The notes beneath the pieces were generated by a model that saw only the letters and a list, made by a program, of their open reading frames with translations, searched no databases and had not been told where the DNA came from. 64,000 bases of DNA from positions 2,656,001 through 2,720,000 of the forward strand of contig CP147779.1 in NCBI GenBank assembly GCA_037308085.1, given 5' to 3'. Below, piece after piece: positions 1 through 10,079 of this stretch. Source of the stretch: Promethearchaeati archaeon SRVP18_Atabeyarchaeia-1. GTDB taxonomy: Archaea; Asgardarchaeota; Atabeyarchaeia; Atabeyarchaeales; Atabeyarchaeaceae. Every line of letters begins with the position of its first letter. Position 1 is the first letter of the stretch. The translations under genes were made by a program, and so were the position numbers.

Positions 1-631
1 CTGTGTCAGCCAGCCAAATGTACTTTACTTTGTGACTGAGTTTGTCGTCCCATTTGGCTATCCACATGCTATCAGATTGCCAGACAGTTTCTTTCCAGCT
101 GCCTTCAGGCCTAGTAGCATCGGGGGACAGATTGAGTGTGACGTCTTCTTGGCTTGGTCCCTCTTTCCATCGACCACGCAGTGGGTGCTCTCCCCTACCC
201 ATGAATATGGAAGACGGCTCCCCAACGTAGTTGCCAAGTTCAACCTTGTTGCCATCGAGAGTGGCGTATCCATAATCTTCCTTGTTCTTTTCTCGCTTGG
301 CCTTCCGATCCGCAGCCAGCTTCTTCTTTTCTTCCTTAGGCATGTTCAGCTTCTTTGCCTTTTCCTCATCTACGGCTTTTTGGATTTCAGAGAAGTCGAT
401 GTCCTCTCTCTTGTAATCGGCACTTGGTCCCAAGGCATTTGAGAAGTCTTTGAAGAAATTCTCGACGAACAGGTTATCTTCAACGTAGACGGTCCCCTGC
501 TTCTTGACCCAAGCAACTGCTATCTCTTCTTGCTTGGGGTTAAGTCTGACCTTCTTTCCTCTTACTATTATGGAAAAACCCTTGGACTCATACGTTGGGA
601 TCAAAATGCCTTTGTGAATTAGTTGCTTCAA
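1..631 (-). CDS. top1: DNA topoisomerase IB (eukaryote-like), N-terminal part; gene continues past the left edge
   Basis: Missed by the ORF track. Manual translation from TTG at 631 gives LKQLIHKGILIP...QEEIAVAWVKKQGTVYVED...YGYATLDGNKVELGNYVGEPSSIFMGRGEHPLRGRWK...WIAKWDDKLSHKVKYIWLAD, matching Topo IB motifs (EPxxxFxGRGxHP, KY(I/V)xL). Start approximate. Confidence 0.9.
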   Translation of the reverse strand, partial: MKQLIHKGILIPTYESKGFSIIVRGKKVRLNPKQEEIAVAWVKKQGTVYVEDNLFVENFFKDFSNALGPSADYKREDIDFSEIQKAVDEEKAKKLNMPKEEKKKLAADRKAKREKNKEDYGYATLDGNKVELGNYVGEPSSIFMGRGEHPLRGRWKEGPSQEDVTLNLSPDATRPEGSWKETVWQSDSMWIAKWDDKLSHKVKYIWLADT

Positions 632-1015
632 GGTGTCAAGGGCACCCCGCAAAATCTAGATGATGATCGAGACTGCTCCTCCAAGGGAGCCCGGAAATTT
701 CGATACTTGGTCATCCGTTTCCTAATGGTTACAAGCCACTTTCCCATCTGATATTGGTTCTTGTCAATACTGTTGCAGTAGCTGAGAATGTGCATTCCTC
801 GCCTAATATCGATGGGCAGACTTTAAAACTCTTGTGTGGATCGCCTGTAGCGTCTTTCTAGACTAATACTACAAAAGCCATTTCTCCTAGGTACTTGCCT
901 GTCAAGGCTAACAGGTCGGGATTGAAACTACCTTTTTAGGGTTTGCTTCATAACAAAGTAATAGCTTAAGATGGTGGTTCTCCTCCTCAGGAGGAGTAAG
1001 GAGGCTCCTACTAGA

Positions 1016-1435
1016 ATGAATGTTGCGACGAAGCTTATCCGCGTTGAGAGTACTGGCGAGGCAGATATCCTAGACTTAACGGCAAGTGTCCAGAAGGCTG
1101 TAGATGAATCGGCGCTTCAAGACGGCATCATCACCTTATTTGTTCAAGGCTCAACCGGCGCACTAACCACGATCGAGTATGAAGAGGGACTGCTCAAGGA
1201 TCTTCCAGACGCCTTGGAACGAATTGCACCCAGAGATGCTCTTTATGAACATGAGATGAAGTGGCATGATGGAAATGGTCACTCACATGTTAGGGCGTCA
1301 ATCATAGGTCCATCTCTGACAATACCATTCATCAAGGGCAAGTTGACTCTCGGAACATGGCAGCAACTAGTCTTCATCGAACTGGATACTAGAAGAAGAT
1401 CTAGGGTGTTAGTGGCACAGATAATCGGCGAATAG
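1016..1435 (+). CDS. yjbQ: YjbQ/UPF0047 family protein
   Basis: HD-GNGHSHVRAS and LGTWQ motifs; GGAGG upstream of ATG 1016. Confidence 0.9.
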   Translation: MNVATKLIRVESTGEADILDLTASVQKAVDESALQDGIITLFVQGSTGALTTIEYEEGLLKDLPDALERIAPRDALYEHEMKWHDGNGHSHVRASIIGPSLTIPFIKGKLTLGTWQQLVFIELDTRRRSRVLVAQIIGE

Positions 1436-1626
1436 CAGAGAGCCAGCTACAATGAGAATGGGCTCTAGGTTCCTTCAGCTATTATCGCTTAAGAAAAGGA
1501 AGGTAAATCTTAATTATTGACCAGTTACGTAGGTGTACCCTTCTCACATCGGCAGACTGCCTTATACTTTGGTGATCGACGGTGTTTGCTGTGCAGCAGT
1601 TGTGAAGGTCCCATAGACCAAGAGCA

Positions 1627-2862
1627 GTGTTCATGGAGACGGGATGCTTGGCGCTAGAGCAACAGCTTGATCCTAAAGGTGTAAGGCTTTTACAGCTCTC
1701 TGCAGGGATTTCTTCAGTCATTCAAGGCATTCAGAATCTGTCTTTCTCAATCTACCTAGGCAAAGACTTCCTGAATTTCGATCCTGCCATCATCGGTTTG
1801 ATGTTTACAGCTAGTCAGGTTATTGGGGCTCTCTTTGCTATTCCTATGGGTGTACTAGCTGACCGGTGGGGAAGGAAGAGATTCGTGGTTGCTGCGAGGT
1901 TTTTGCAGCTAGTGGCCTTCCTGCCGCTCATAGTCTCTACAGACATCACTTTTCTCTTGGCAGGGTTGATTGTTCTTCAAGTCGGCTCGTCAATGTCCTC
2001 TCCTCCATTTAGTGCATTGCTCGCTGACAAGACTCTTCTTGAGAAAAGAAATGCAACCTTTAGCTACAATTATGTTGCAATGTCGGTAGGGTCAGCCTTA
2101 GGATCAGGTATGTGTGAGCTCCCGCCTTATCTAAGGAGCAACCTTGGCTTTGACAATGTCAGCTCATACAGACCCTTGTTCATAAGTATGCTGTTCATCG
2201 CCGCTGCTTCCCTAGGCGTCGTTACCCTTGTCCACGAACGAGGAAAACCCCTAACTACAAGGTCGAATACGGAACAAGGAATAAAGTCTGACAGGTCAAC
2301 TGCGGGCGGCAGGATCGCCAAGTATACGCTAACCTTGGTTACGATTCAAATCGGCGCTGGCATGATCGTTCAGCTGTTTTCATTGTGGCTTCATTTGGCA
2401 TTTGGAGTCACAGAGCTGCAACTTGCACCGCTCTATATCGTGATGAACCTCTCAATGGGCGCGGGCTACCTCCTTGCAAACAAACTTGCGTCGCTAATAG
2501 GTATAGTCAGGAGCGTCGTGCTCACGCAGCTATTTGCGACGGTACTTCTTGTGGCGCTTCCGAACATCCCCGATTTCCAGATAGTGGGGATCGTCTATGT
2601 CTTGAGGACGGCGATAATGAATATGTCCAACCCAATTCTCACTTCATTTATCTGCAGCATAGTTCCAGTAGAGGTCAGAGCTTCTGCCCTGGGCATATCA
2701 AATAACACAGGCGCCATTGCTAGAGCCTTCGGACCAGCCATAGGCGGTGACCTAATGCTGACTTCGTTGGCGCTGCCCTTCTACATATGTGGCGGTCTGT
2801 ACGCGACGTCGACCGTGTTTTTCTTTCTATTCTTCAGGAGAACCAAGGCGCTGGAATGCTAG
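1627..2862 (+). CDS. MFS transporter
   Basis: About 12 hydrophobic segments; motif A GVLADRWGRKR. Confidence 0.9.
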   Translation: MFMETGCLALEQQLDPKGVRLLQLSAGISSVIQGIQNLSFSIYLGKDFLNFDPAIIGLMFTASQVIGALFAIPMGVLADRWGRKRFVVAARFLQLVAFLPLIVSTDITFLLAGLIVLQVGSSMSSPPFSALLADKTLLEKRNATFSYNYVAMSVGSALGSGMCELPPYLRSNLGFDNVSSYRPLFISMLFIAAASLGVVTLVHERGKPLTTRSNTEQGIKSDRSTAGGRIAKYTLTLVTIQIGAGMIVQLFSLWLHLAFGVTELQLAPLYIVMNLSMGAGYLLANKLASLIGIVRSVVLTQLFATVLLVALPNIPDFQIVGIVYVLRTAIMNMSNPILTSFICSIVPVEVRASALGISNNTGAIARAFGPAIGGDLMLTSLALPFYICGGLYATSTVFFFLFFRRTKALEC

Positions 2863-2976
2863 ACTTCTTGGAGCCCCTACCGGCGCTAGTCAAAAATAGA
2901 TGTAGAAGGAGCACTAGCCCTCCCTTTGCTCAAACTTCTAGTGGGTGCCCAGACTAGTCTTTTTCACTGCCAAAGC

Positions 2977-3339
2977 CTACTTCTTGGCAACTTTCTTGGC
3001 AGGCTTCTTCTCCTTCTTCTGCTTGCCTTCCTCTTCCTTCTCAAGTTCCTCGAATGGAACGGGTGGTGGAGTTGTGAACATAGTCCAGCCAATCCACATG
3101 CCGATCACGAGCACCAATGTCAGCGCGAGCCATATGGGTATCGCTAGGAACCAATACCATGAAGGTGGCGGAGATGCCAACGGAACAACTGCCCACTCTT
3201 CGACGTGTGGGAGGAACCATAAGAAGCTTGGCCAAAAGTGCCCGAACGCAGCAACAATGATGACGTTCCACGTGTAGTACAGGACCACCAGTAGACCCAA
3301 GATGAAGATCAGGAAGCCTATAATCTTGTCCTTTGCCAT
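2977..3339 (-). CDS. small conserved archaeal membrane protein
   Basis: MAKDKIIG start, two TM segments, WIGWTMFTTPPPVPFEELEKE motif, Lys-rich tail. Confidence 0.7.
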   Translation of the reverse strand: MAKDKIIGFLIFILGLLVVLYYTWNVIIVAAFGHFWPSFLWFLPHVEEWAVVPLASPPPSWYWFLAIPIWLALTLVLVIGMWIGWTMFTTPPPVPFEELEKEEEGKQKKEKKPAKKVAKK

Positions 3340-3449
3340 TTGCGTAGCCCTTCTCTTACCTTCTGCTTCTATCTTGTTTAAATTGTTTGAGCTTTTCTTA
3401 CGCGTGGACGATATATAAGGCTTTAGTAAACCAATAGGCATATTAGCTC

Positions 3450-3803
3450 ATGACCACAATTGTGGTCTCGGTGAGAGAGAGAATGGTAGATGGGGTAATT
3501 GTGAAGTCTCGTTTCCCCAGCCCACTGCTGAAAGCCGTGGACTCCGCGGCGGAGCAGTTTGGCATCAGTAGGGCCCAGGCAATAAAGTTCCTAACACTAC
3601 TCGGGATAAGAATGTACAACATAGGTTTAACTGAGCGAGCACTGAAGCTCTACGAAGATGGAAAAGTCTCCGTTGATAAGGCAGCCGAGATAGCTGGCCT
3701 GCCTGTTGACTCCTTTGTCTATGTCTCCTCAGGACGAGGGGTGAGGCGGAATATAAGGGAAAGCATTAGGGGCTTGTTTGAAGCGCTGAAAACTGAGCGC
3801 TAG
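3450..3803 (+). CDS. RHH + UPF0175-like small DNA-binding protein
   Basis: RHH-like segment (VDSAAEQFGISRAQAIK) followed by LYEDGKVSVDKAAEIAG. Confidence 0.6.
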   Translation: MTTIVVSVRERMVDGVIVKSRFPSPLLKAVDSAAEQFGISRAQAIKFLTLLGIRMYNIGLTERALKLYEDGKVSVDKAAEIAGLPVDSFVYVSSGRGVRRNIRESIRGLFEALKTER

Positions 3804-3819
3804 TTCTTTTTTGCGGCCG

Positions 3820-4224
3820 TCACTTTGCGGGTTTTTTCTTAGGCGTTTCCCCCAACACCTTGAGCACTGCTTCAGCAGCTCTGTTGGTTTCGTCTATCAG
3901 GATCCCCAGCTTAGCCTCCCGTTTTGCCATCAAAGTGACAACGTTGGTATCGCCCACCCTGCCGATCACTATGTACCCGTCTTGACACTTTATGAAGACC
4001 TGCTCAAGAGTGCCCAGCTGAAGAACTTCTACGCTCATCTTGCCCAAGTTGAGCAGGGTTGCCGTTATGGCAGCAACGATTTCCTGCGGTGAGTCCCTCT
4101 GCAGGGCATTGGCAATCATTATCCCATCATAGCTGACAAGCGCCGCTCCCTCTATCTCAGCCGTCTGAGACGCGACTCCTCTCAGCACATCCTTAAGCTT
4201 ATCCAAATCGAACGAGGAACTCAT
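3820..4224 (-). CDS. roadblock/LC7 (MglB-like) domain protein
   Basis: IEGAALVSYDGIMIA...AAITATLLNLG...LGTLEQVFIKCQDG...AKLGILI pattern. Confidence 0.88.
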   Translation of the reverse strand: MSSSFDLDKLKDVLRGVASQTAEIEGAALVSYDGIMIANALQRDSPQEIVAAITATLLNLGKMSVEVLQLGTLEQVFIKCQDGYIVIGRVGDTNVVTLMAKREAKLGILIDETNRAAEAVLKVLGETPKKKPAK

Positions 4225-5179
4225 CTAGCATTACAACCCCGGTCGTGCCCCGCACCCCCAGAAAAGGATGCAGGACAGAAGCCTGCTTTATGGTGGGCAA
4301 CATGCCACTATCATAAGTAACTCGCATTGCAACTAAATAACTTTTACTTTCCCACTCTGGAATCTTGATCCTCATCTTCTTATGCAACGTCAACTGCTTT
4401 TGAGCATCGGAATGCAACTTGAAACTGACGTACATTCTGATGAACAATCCTCCTCGCTTCATAGATCAGAACCGACATGAGAAAGAAGATGAGCGCGTAC
4501 TTAAATGTTCCATTCACATTTCAAAATAAGCACCGTCTGTCCGTCTAAGCCCTTTCAGCATCGGAAGATCCTTTCACTTCTTCCATGCTCTTTAGTGTCT
4601 CTTATTCCGCACAGTTCACTCCAAATCCTCTATGATCTCAAATCACTTGCCACTGAGTAGACCGATCTTATGTCCCGTTTCAGTTGCTCGTCTCTCTATG
4701 AATTTGATTTCATCTGGGTTAGCTCGAATGCTTTGCGGGCCCCTTCGGATCAGAATATCGCCTTTTGAGAAGATCTTCTGGACTTTGCGTCTGCCTGCAG
4801 TAAACGATGCATCTTTGGTCGCCTTCAGAACAGTGATGGAAGGTGGTACGTAGATAACCGCAAATCTCCTTCTTTCCCTTCGGACAAGCAGACCTAATGT
4901 CAGTTTATCTTTACATCGCAATGCGATAGTTATGCCTATTCTCTAGAAACGCTATCAGACGTCAGAAAGTCCTAAGAATTGCTAACTTTTCAGTAGGCGC
5001 CCTTGTTTCCTACTTCTCTTCCTCTTCGAAAATCAGCATTTTAACGAAGATTTTTTCAACGCAAAAATATTCAAGCGTTCCAGAAGAGAGTGCCGCAACC
5101 TTATCGACTCTGCCTGTAGGTGCTCGTCTTTGAAAACATAGCTCTGGTTCAATTCATATCAAAGTACACTGCTGGATGC

Positions 5180-5330
5180 CTATCTTCTCCGCAAGTCTAA
5201 AGAATATAACACATCTTCCCTATAGAATATTAAATCTCTGTCTCCTTGGAGTATTGATAATGCTTCATCGTATAATCTCAATGCTTCTTCATACCTATCC
5301 AGTTTGTAGAGAACATTACCCTCCCCTATC
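5180..5330 (-). pseudogene. TPR-repeat gene remnant
   Basis: AT-rich fragment encoding GNVLYKLDRYEEALRLYDEALSI, with no intact gene around it. Confidence 0.5.
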
Positions 5331-5539
5331 CATAGATGGACTCCCCGGGCCATCCCAGCTATGTTTGCGGAGTCCGATGGAGTGGGCAACCGTTCCGGCT
5401 CCGCTTTGGCCGGGCGTTCCGACGATGATTATCAACTCTGAGATCCCCTGATCGTATCTTGGCAGAGCCGTGCGGACAGCCGCTGGCGTTCGAGAGAGGT
5501 AGCAGGCGAGGAACACCGAGCGATCGTTGGACCCGTCGA

Positions 5540-5938
5540 CTAGACTCGGTTAGAGGAGATGTTCAGCGCCACCGCTGCGCGAACGAGTGCCTTCAGGGCC
5601 TCCCCGTCGACCTTGTCACCCTCGTGAAAGTCGATGGCGCGCCTTGCGTTACCTTCGAGACTGGAGTTGAAGAGGCCCGAAGGGTCCCTCAGCGAGGCGC
5701 CCTTGGAGAAGGTCATCTTCACGACGTTCTTGTACGTCTCGCCGGTGCAGATCAGCCCGCTGTGAGACCACACCGGAACACTTCCCCACTTCCACTCCTC
5801 TACGACGTCTGGGTCGGCCTGCTTAATCAGAGCCCGGATCCGAGATAGCGTCTCGCCCCGCCAATCGCCCAACTCCTTGATCTTCGCGTCTATCAGCTGA
5901 GATGGAGACTCGCCCTTAGGCTGGCCTATCTTCTTCAT
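5540..5938 (-). CDS. DUF1801 (YdhG-like) protein
   Basis: DWRGETLSRIRALIKQADPDVVEEWKW and GNARRAIDF motifs; GC-rich. Confidence 0.88.
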   Translation of the reverse strand: MKKIGQPKGESPSQLIDAKIKELGDWRGETLSRIRALIKQADPDVVEEWKWGSVPVWSHSGLICTGETYKNVVKMTFSKGASLRDPSGLFNSSLEGNARRAIDFHEGDKVDGEALKALVRAAVALNISSNRV

Positions 5939-6470
5939 GTTGCTTAAGAGGTCCTTCAGTGGCTCTTATGTCTTGCGACGAAGATTACGCCGCTTTCTGA
6001 ATGAATGGAATTTGAGGCCCCGAAAAAGAGGGCGGTGGTTTTCAACCGTTCACATTTTTGCTGTTCATCTCCCAGCATGGTAAAATAACGTTTACTTTTT
6101 CGAGAGCGGTCCTCTTGGATGGAGTTGTCGCCTCCGAACCGACGTCCGTTCGAACGCACGAATGCAGCTTCGCTTTCGTGGATTTCAAGAGAGAACCCAG
6201 GGTCAAATTCCCCAGCCTGCTAATGAGAGGCCTCTCCCTGTCTTTCACACCATGCTCGCTGGATTCCTCGCTGTTTAGGGTCATACCTCGTCAGCCACGG
6301 GGTACAGGTATGCTAACGTCGGTCAGACATAACGGTGTTTTATCAGTAGGCGATGCCCACTAAGATGATGAACGAAAAATATATTAAAAAGCTAAGACCA
6401 ATTAGCTCTTGGTTCGTGAGGGAAGCGGAAATGGTCCACCTAGAAATCCCCCTCCCCCCTCCTCAACTGC

Positions 6471-6496
6471 AAGAAGTTTTGAAAACTTCTTTTTTT
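6471..6496. terminator. palindrome plus T-run, likely terminator or protein-binding site
   Basis: AAGAAGTTTT-G-AAAACTTCTT followed by TTTTT, just beyond the 3' end of the 6576-7370 gene. Confidence 0.45.
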
Positions 6497-6575
6497 GGGT
6501 GGGCCCACCGCTTATTCCTTCACGAGTCCGCCTTTTCTGAGGGACTGAGGAGCACGTTGTCTTCTTGATGCGCGC

Positions 6576-7370
6576 TCATCTTCTGATTTTGCGTGACTTG
6601 AGAACTTCGCCTAACGCTCCAGCAGCCCCGCCGGCAGCTAGGTGATATACAAAGAGTGTGGGAAGGAAGACGCGAATGAGATATCCAAGGGGGAGTGTCG
6701 ATTCGTCGACTGGTATTCCTCGACCTATCAGCCACTGCCCAAAGAAAAGTGCAGATACCAAGAGGATAATCAACGTTAGTACGGCAGCGACAACTCCGCC
6801 GGCAACGAACCCTTCGTCCAAGCGTAGATAGTAGAACTTCTTTCTGCCTACGATTATCGAGTCCCCTTCACTTTTCCGGCGAATGTATCGCGTGACCGCT
6901 CCAGCCGTCAGGCCTCCCAGAACTGGGAACGCGACAGTGAATATGTCTGGGAACGTACAGATAGACATGATAAGGTAGTATAGAAATACGAAGAAGGGTT
7001 GGCTCGACTGGATAGACTGAATGTCAGACGAGCTCAGCAGATTAAGCAGTATCTGATAAGGACCTGAACCTGTCAGCGACACACTACCCCCCCTCAGTGA
7101 CAATTCTAGCGGACCCAGCAGAACAAGGGCTACTAGGAACACGAGCCAGCCGACAACCCCTCCGCCGATCGTGGCCCTTAAGTTGATCTTTCCCTTCCTA
7201 CTCTTTCCAGCCTTCGGAGACAGTTCTTCAACCTCGTAGAAGAGCTGAAGCAGCTGCGGGATATAATCTTCGCCACTTATTTCCCCTGAGTTCAGCTTTT
7301 CTTCCAATGCCTTTATTCTGCTGTCAATCTCCCTTATCTTCTCGTCAGTGTCGGATGATTTTGCTGGCAT
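6576..7370 (-). CDS. hypothetical membrane protein with N-terminal coiled coil
   Basis: 264-aa ORF, charged N-terminus followed by about 5 TM segments. Confidence 0.7.
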   Translation of the reverse strand: MPAKSSDTDEKIREIDSRIKALEEKLNSGEISGEDYIPQLLQLFYEVEELSPKAGKSRKGKINLRATIGGGVVGWLVFLVALVLLGPLELSLRGGSVSLTGSGPYQILLNLLSSSDIQSIQSSQPFFVFLYYLIMSICTFPDIFTVAFPVLGGLTAGAVTRYIRRKSEGDSIIVGRKKFYYLRLDEGFVAGGVVAAVLTLIILLVSALFFGQWLIGRGIPVDESTLPLGYLIRVFLPTLFVYHLAAGGAAGALGEVLKSRKIRR

Positions 7371-7504
7371 TCGGAGAGGCTCTCCTCAATCGTGCACTTG
7401 TTTTGCCTTCATACCTTCGCGAATCCACAATTTACGTATCTCTTGTATACTGACCGGCAGCAAAGCGCTTCAGAGGGGTGAAACGCAAATACGAATACAG
7501 TCAC

Positions 7505-8467
7505 CTAGCGCCTGACAATGTCCAGAATCTTCTTGTGCGTCTCCAGTGGTGGTTTCACGGTATTCACGAGGTATGTTGTCACCGCATTTAAGTATTGCTT
7601 GAAGAACTCCTTTCTGAGGTTGAGTTTCCTTCCGTCTTTGACGAGCTGGTGGGGGTTGCAGAAGTCGTGACCAATAAGGTACTTCAGCGCTTCCTCAGGA
7701 GTCATTTCCACGACCGTTATTGGGTCCTTTGGATCCCTCTCAAGTAGGATCACTTTCTTCATCGTTGTTTCGGTTCTTATTCTACCTTTTCCCACCACCC
7801 ATCTGAGGTTCACAATCGCGCGATCCTTGTTGTCAAAATGCGCCTTCTCAACGAGCTGCTTATACTCGGTCCAGACATCGCCTATATCGATTCGTATGTA
7901 GAAGTTCTTCTCACTCCCAAAGGCCACGACATCTTGCCCCATTAGCCGAACGAAGTACCAGTCATCGCTAATCAGCCTTGTATCAGGCTGCCTCAGCAAG
8001 CCATATGAGTGGGTGCTTTTTCCCGTATTCGGTGGAGCGATTATTGATACACCTATACCATTAACGTCCATCACCGCGCCGTGCACATGGTAAATCTGAT
8101 GCTCGTCCTCCAGCACGTCGCCGGCGACAGCGAGCGCTAGGGACTTCGTCCAGCCATAGTAGTCGCAGTTGAATAGAAAAAGGGTCTTTGTAAACGCGTC
8201 ATAAAGGACTTGCATCGTCTCTAGGTCGGGCTCGTTGAAAACGTAAAGTCTACCGTGCGATCTTGTTGATTGGCTCGCAAAGTAGAAGTTGTCCTGCCAT
8301 CTATTGTGAGTGTCTTCAATGTCCGTCAGAAGCTTTATGCAACACCCATAGATGTCGGCCTTATTCTCGAATAGGACTTTGTCACGATACTTCTCAATTA
8401 GTCTGTCCCTCTCACCAATATCGATAAGCTTCACACTGTAAGACAATTGTAGCCTCACGACCTCCAA
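7505..8467 (-). CDS. HPr kinase/PEPCK-like P-loop protein
   Basis: VHGAV...APPNTGKST Walker A and LISDDW motif. Confidence 0.75.
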   Translation of the reverse strand: MEVVRLQLSYSVKLIDIGERDRLIEKYRDKVLFENKADIYGCCIKLLTDIEDTHNRWQDNFYFASQSTRSHGRLYVFNEPDLETMQVLYDAFTKTLFLFNCDYYGWTKSLALAVAGDVLEDEHQIYHVHGAVMDVNGIGVSIIAPPNTGKSTHSYGLLRQPDTRLISDDWYFVRLMGQDVVAFGSEKNFYIRIDIGDVWTEYKQLVEKAHFDNKDRAIVNLRWVVGKGRIRTETTMKKVILLERDPKDPITVVEMTPEEALKYLIGHDFCNPHQLVKDGRKLNLRKEFFKQYLNAVTTYLVNTVKPPLETHKKILDIVRR

Positions 8468-8662
8468 TCTTCTTCAAGAGACGAATAATAGCGCAAGACG
8501 TTTTGATAAACCTGTTTATCAGTAAGCTTAGCGCGTAGTGCCATGACAGGGCACTGCGACTCTCTGGAAACAGATCGCCATAAATAAACCTTATCAAAGC
8601 GATGGTACATTATGTTAACAGTACTATTCCTGAGCGTGCAGCCTGGGAAGTGATAAAAAGGA

Positions 8663-9979
8663 ATGTCTTCTTGGTCGTCTCCCTTTCAGGACCATTCCTC
8701 GAAGGTAATCAAAGGAACAACAAGTAGCGTTCTCAGCGGGAAGACTATCGCTCTCTGCATTACGGGAAGTGTCGCCGCAGTTGAGTGCCCGATAATCGCC
8801 AGGGAGCTGATGAGGCATGGGGGGGAAGTCTTTGCTGTCATGAGCCCGTCAGCCTGCAACATAATACACCCCAACCTCATGGAGTGGGCTACTGGCAACA
8901 GGGTTATCACGCATTTGACAGGTCAGGTTGAACACGTTTCTCTTGGTGGGGACTCGCCTGGTCACGCCGACGTAATACTAGTTGCCCCCGCCACTGCCAA
9001 CACTATCAGCAAGATAGCGAATGGGATTGACGACACACCTGTTACGACAGTCGTGAGCACTGCATTTGGTGCCAGCCTGCCAATACTTATCGTTCCCGCT
9101 ATGCATGAAACTCTCTACAGGCACTCAATCGTGCTTGAGAACATTGAGAAGCTGAAGTCCCACGGAGTGGTTTTCATCGGGCCCAGAATGGAAGAGGGTA
9201 AAGCGAAGATAGCCCGCACCGACTCGATTGTCAGCAAGGTCATTGACATTCTAACGAAGCCAAAGGACTTAGCTGGGCTTCACGTTCTCGTAACGGCTGG
9301 TCCGACGAGGGAGTACATAGATGCAGTTCGCTTCATCAGCAACCCTAGCTCAGGCAGGATGGGGGTTGCTGTTGCTCAGGAGGCAGCTTCCCGCGGGGCA
9401 AAGGCAACACTTGTCTACGGAGTGGGTATGACCTCTGAGCCACCCATTGAAGTTAAGTGCATCCCTGTGGAGACAGCCGATGACATGATGAAGGCAGTCA
9501 TGAACGAAATGAAGCTTTGTCACCCCGACATTTTTGTTGGCACAGCTGCCGTATCTGACTACACACCAGTTGAGAAAATAGACACCAAGATCCCATCCGG
9601 GCAGAAGGAACTAACGATCCAGTTGAAACCTTTGCCGAAAATAGTTCAAGCCGTGAAGGAGGAAAGCCCCGCAACTTTTGTCATAGGTTTCAAGGCGGAG
9701 TACAGTGTACCACAGGCTGAGCTTGTCGAGAGAGCTTACAAGCGCGTAAAAGAGATGGGGCTGGACCTCATAGTCGCCAATGATGTCTCCAAAGAAGGTG
9801 TCGGTTTCTCGACTGAAACCAACGAGGTCTACATGGTTGACCCAGAGAAACAGGTCACACATGTCAACCTCTCGACGAAGAGAAATGTGGCCACGAGAAT
9901 CTTCGATGTGGCAATTGGGCTCCTCAACAGTAGGAAAAGCGGAGCAAGACCTAAGCCAAGTGTGAAGCAAAAGGCATGA
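8663..9979 (+). CDS. coaBC: bifunctional phosphopantothenoylcysteine decarboxylase / phosphopantothenate-cysteine ligase
   Basis: [55 protein letters not shown] and IVANDV motifs. Confidence 0.97.
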   Translation: MSSWSSPFQDHSSKVIKGTTSSVLSGKTIALCITGSVAAVECPIIARELMRHGGEVFAVMSPSACNIIHPNLMEWATGNRVITHLTGQVEHVSLGGDSPGHADVILVAPATANTISKIANGIDDTPVTTVVSTAFGASLPILIVPAMHETLYRHSIVLENIEKLKSHGVVFIGPRMEEGKAKIARTDSIVSKVIDILTKPKDLAGLHVLVTAGPTREYIDAVRFISNPSSGRMGVAVAQEAASRGAKATLVYGVGMTSEPPIEVKCIPVETADDMMKAVMNEMKLCHPDIFVGTAAVSDYTPVEKIDTKIPSGQKELTIQLKPLPKIVQAVKEESPATFVIGFKAEYSVPQAELVERAYKRVKEMGLDLIVANDVSKEGVGFSTETNEVYMVDPEKQVTHVNLSTKRNVATRIFDVAIGLLNSRKSGARPKPSVKQKA

Positions 9980-10079
9980 AGCCTTCGAACTAGTTTTGCA
10001 AACAGGTATCTTTGCGTAACATTTGGCTCTTTTAGCAGCAATTGGCTTTTCTGGGGCTTAATATGGCGCGACTTGGTAA

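Noticed and set aside
32-442. 136-aa + strand ORF
   Set aside because: Antisense shadow of the topoisomerase IB gene.
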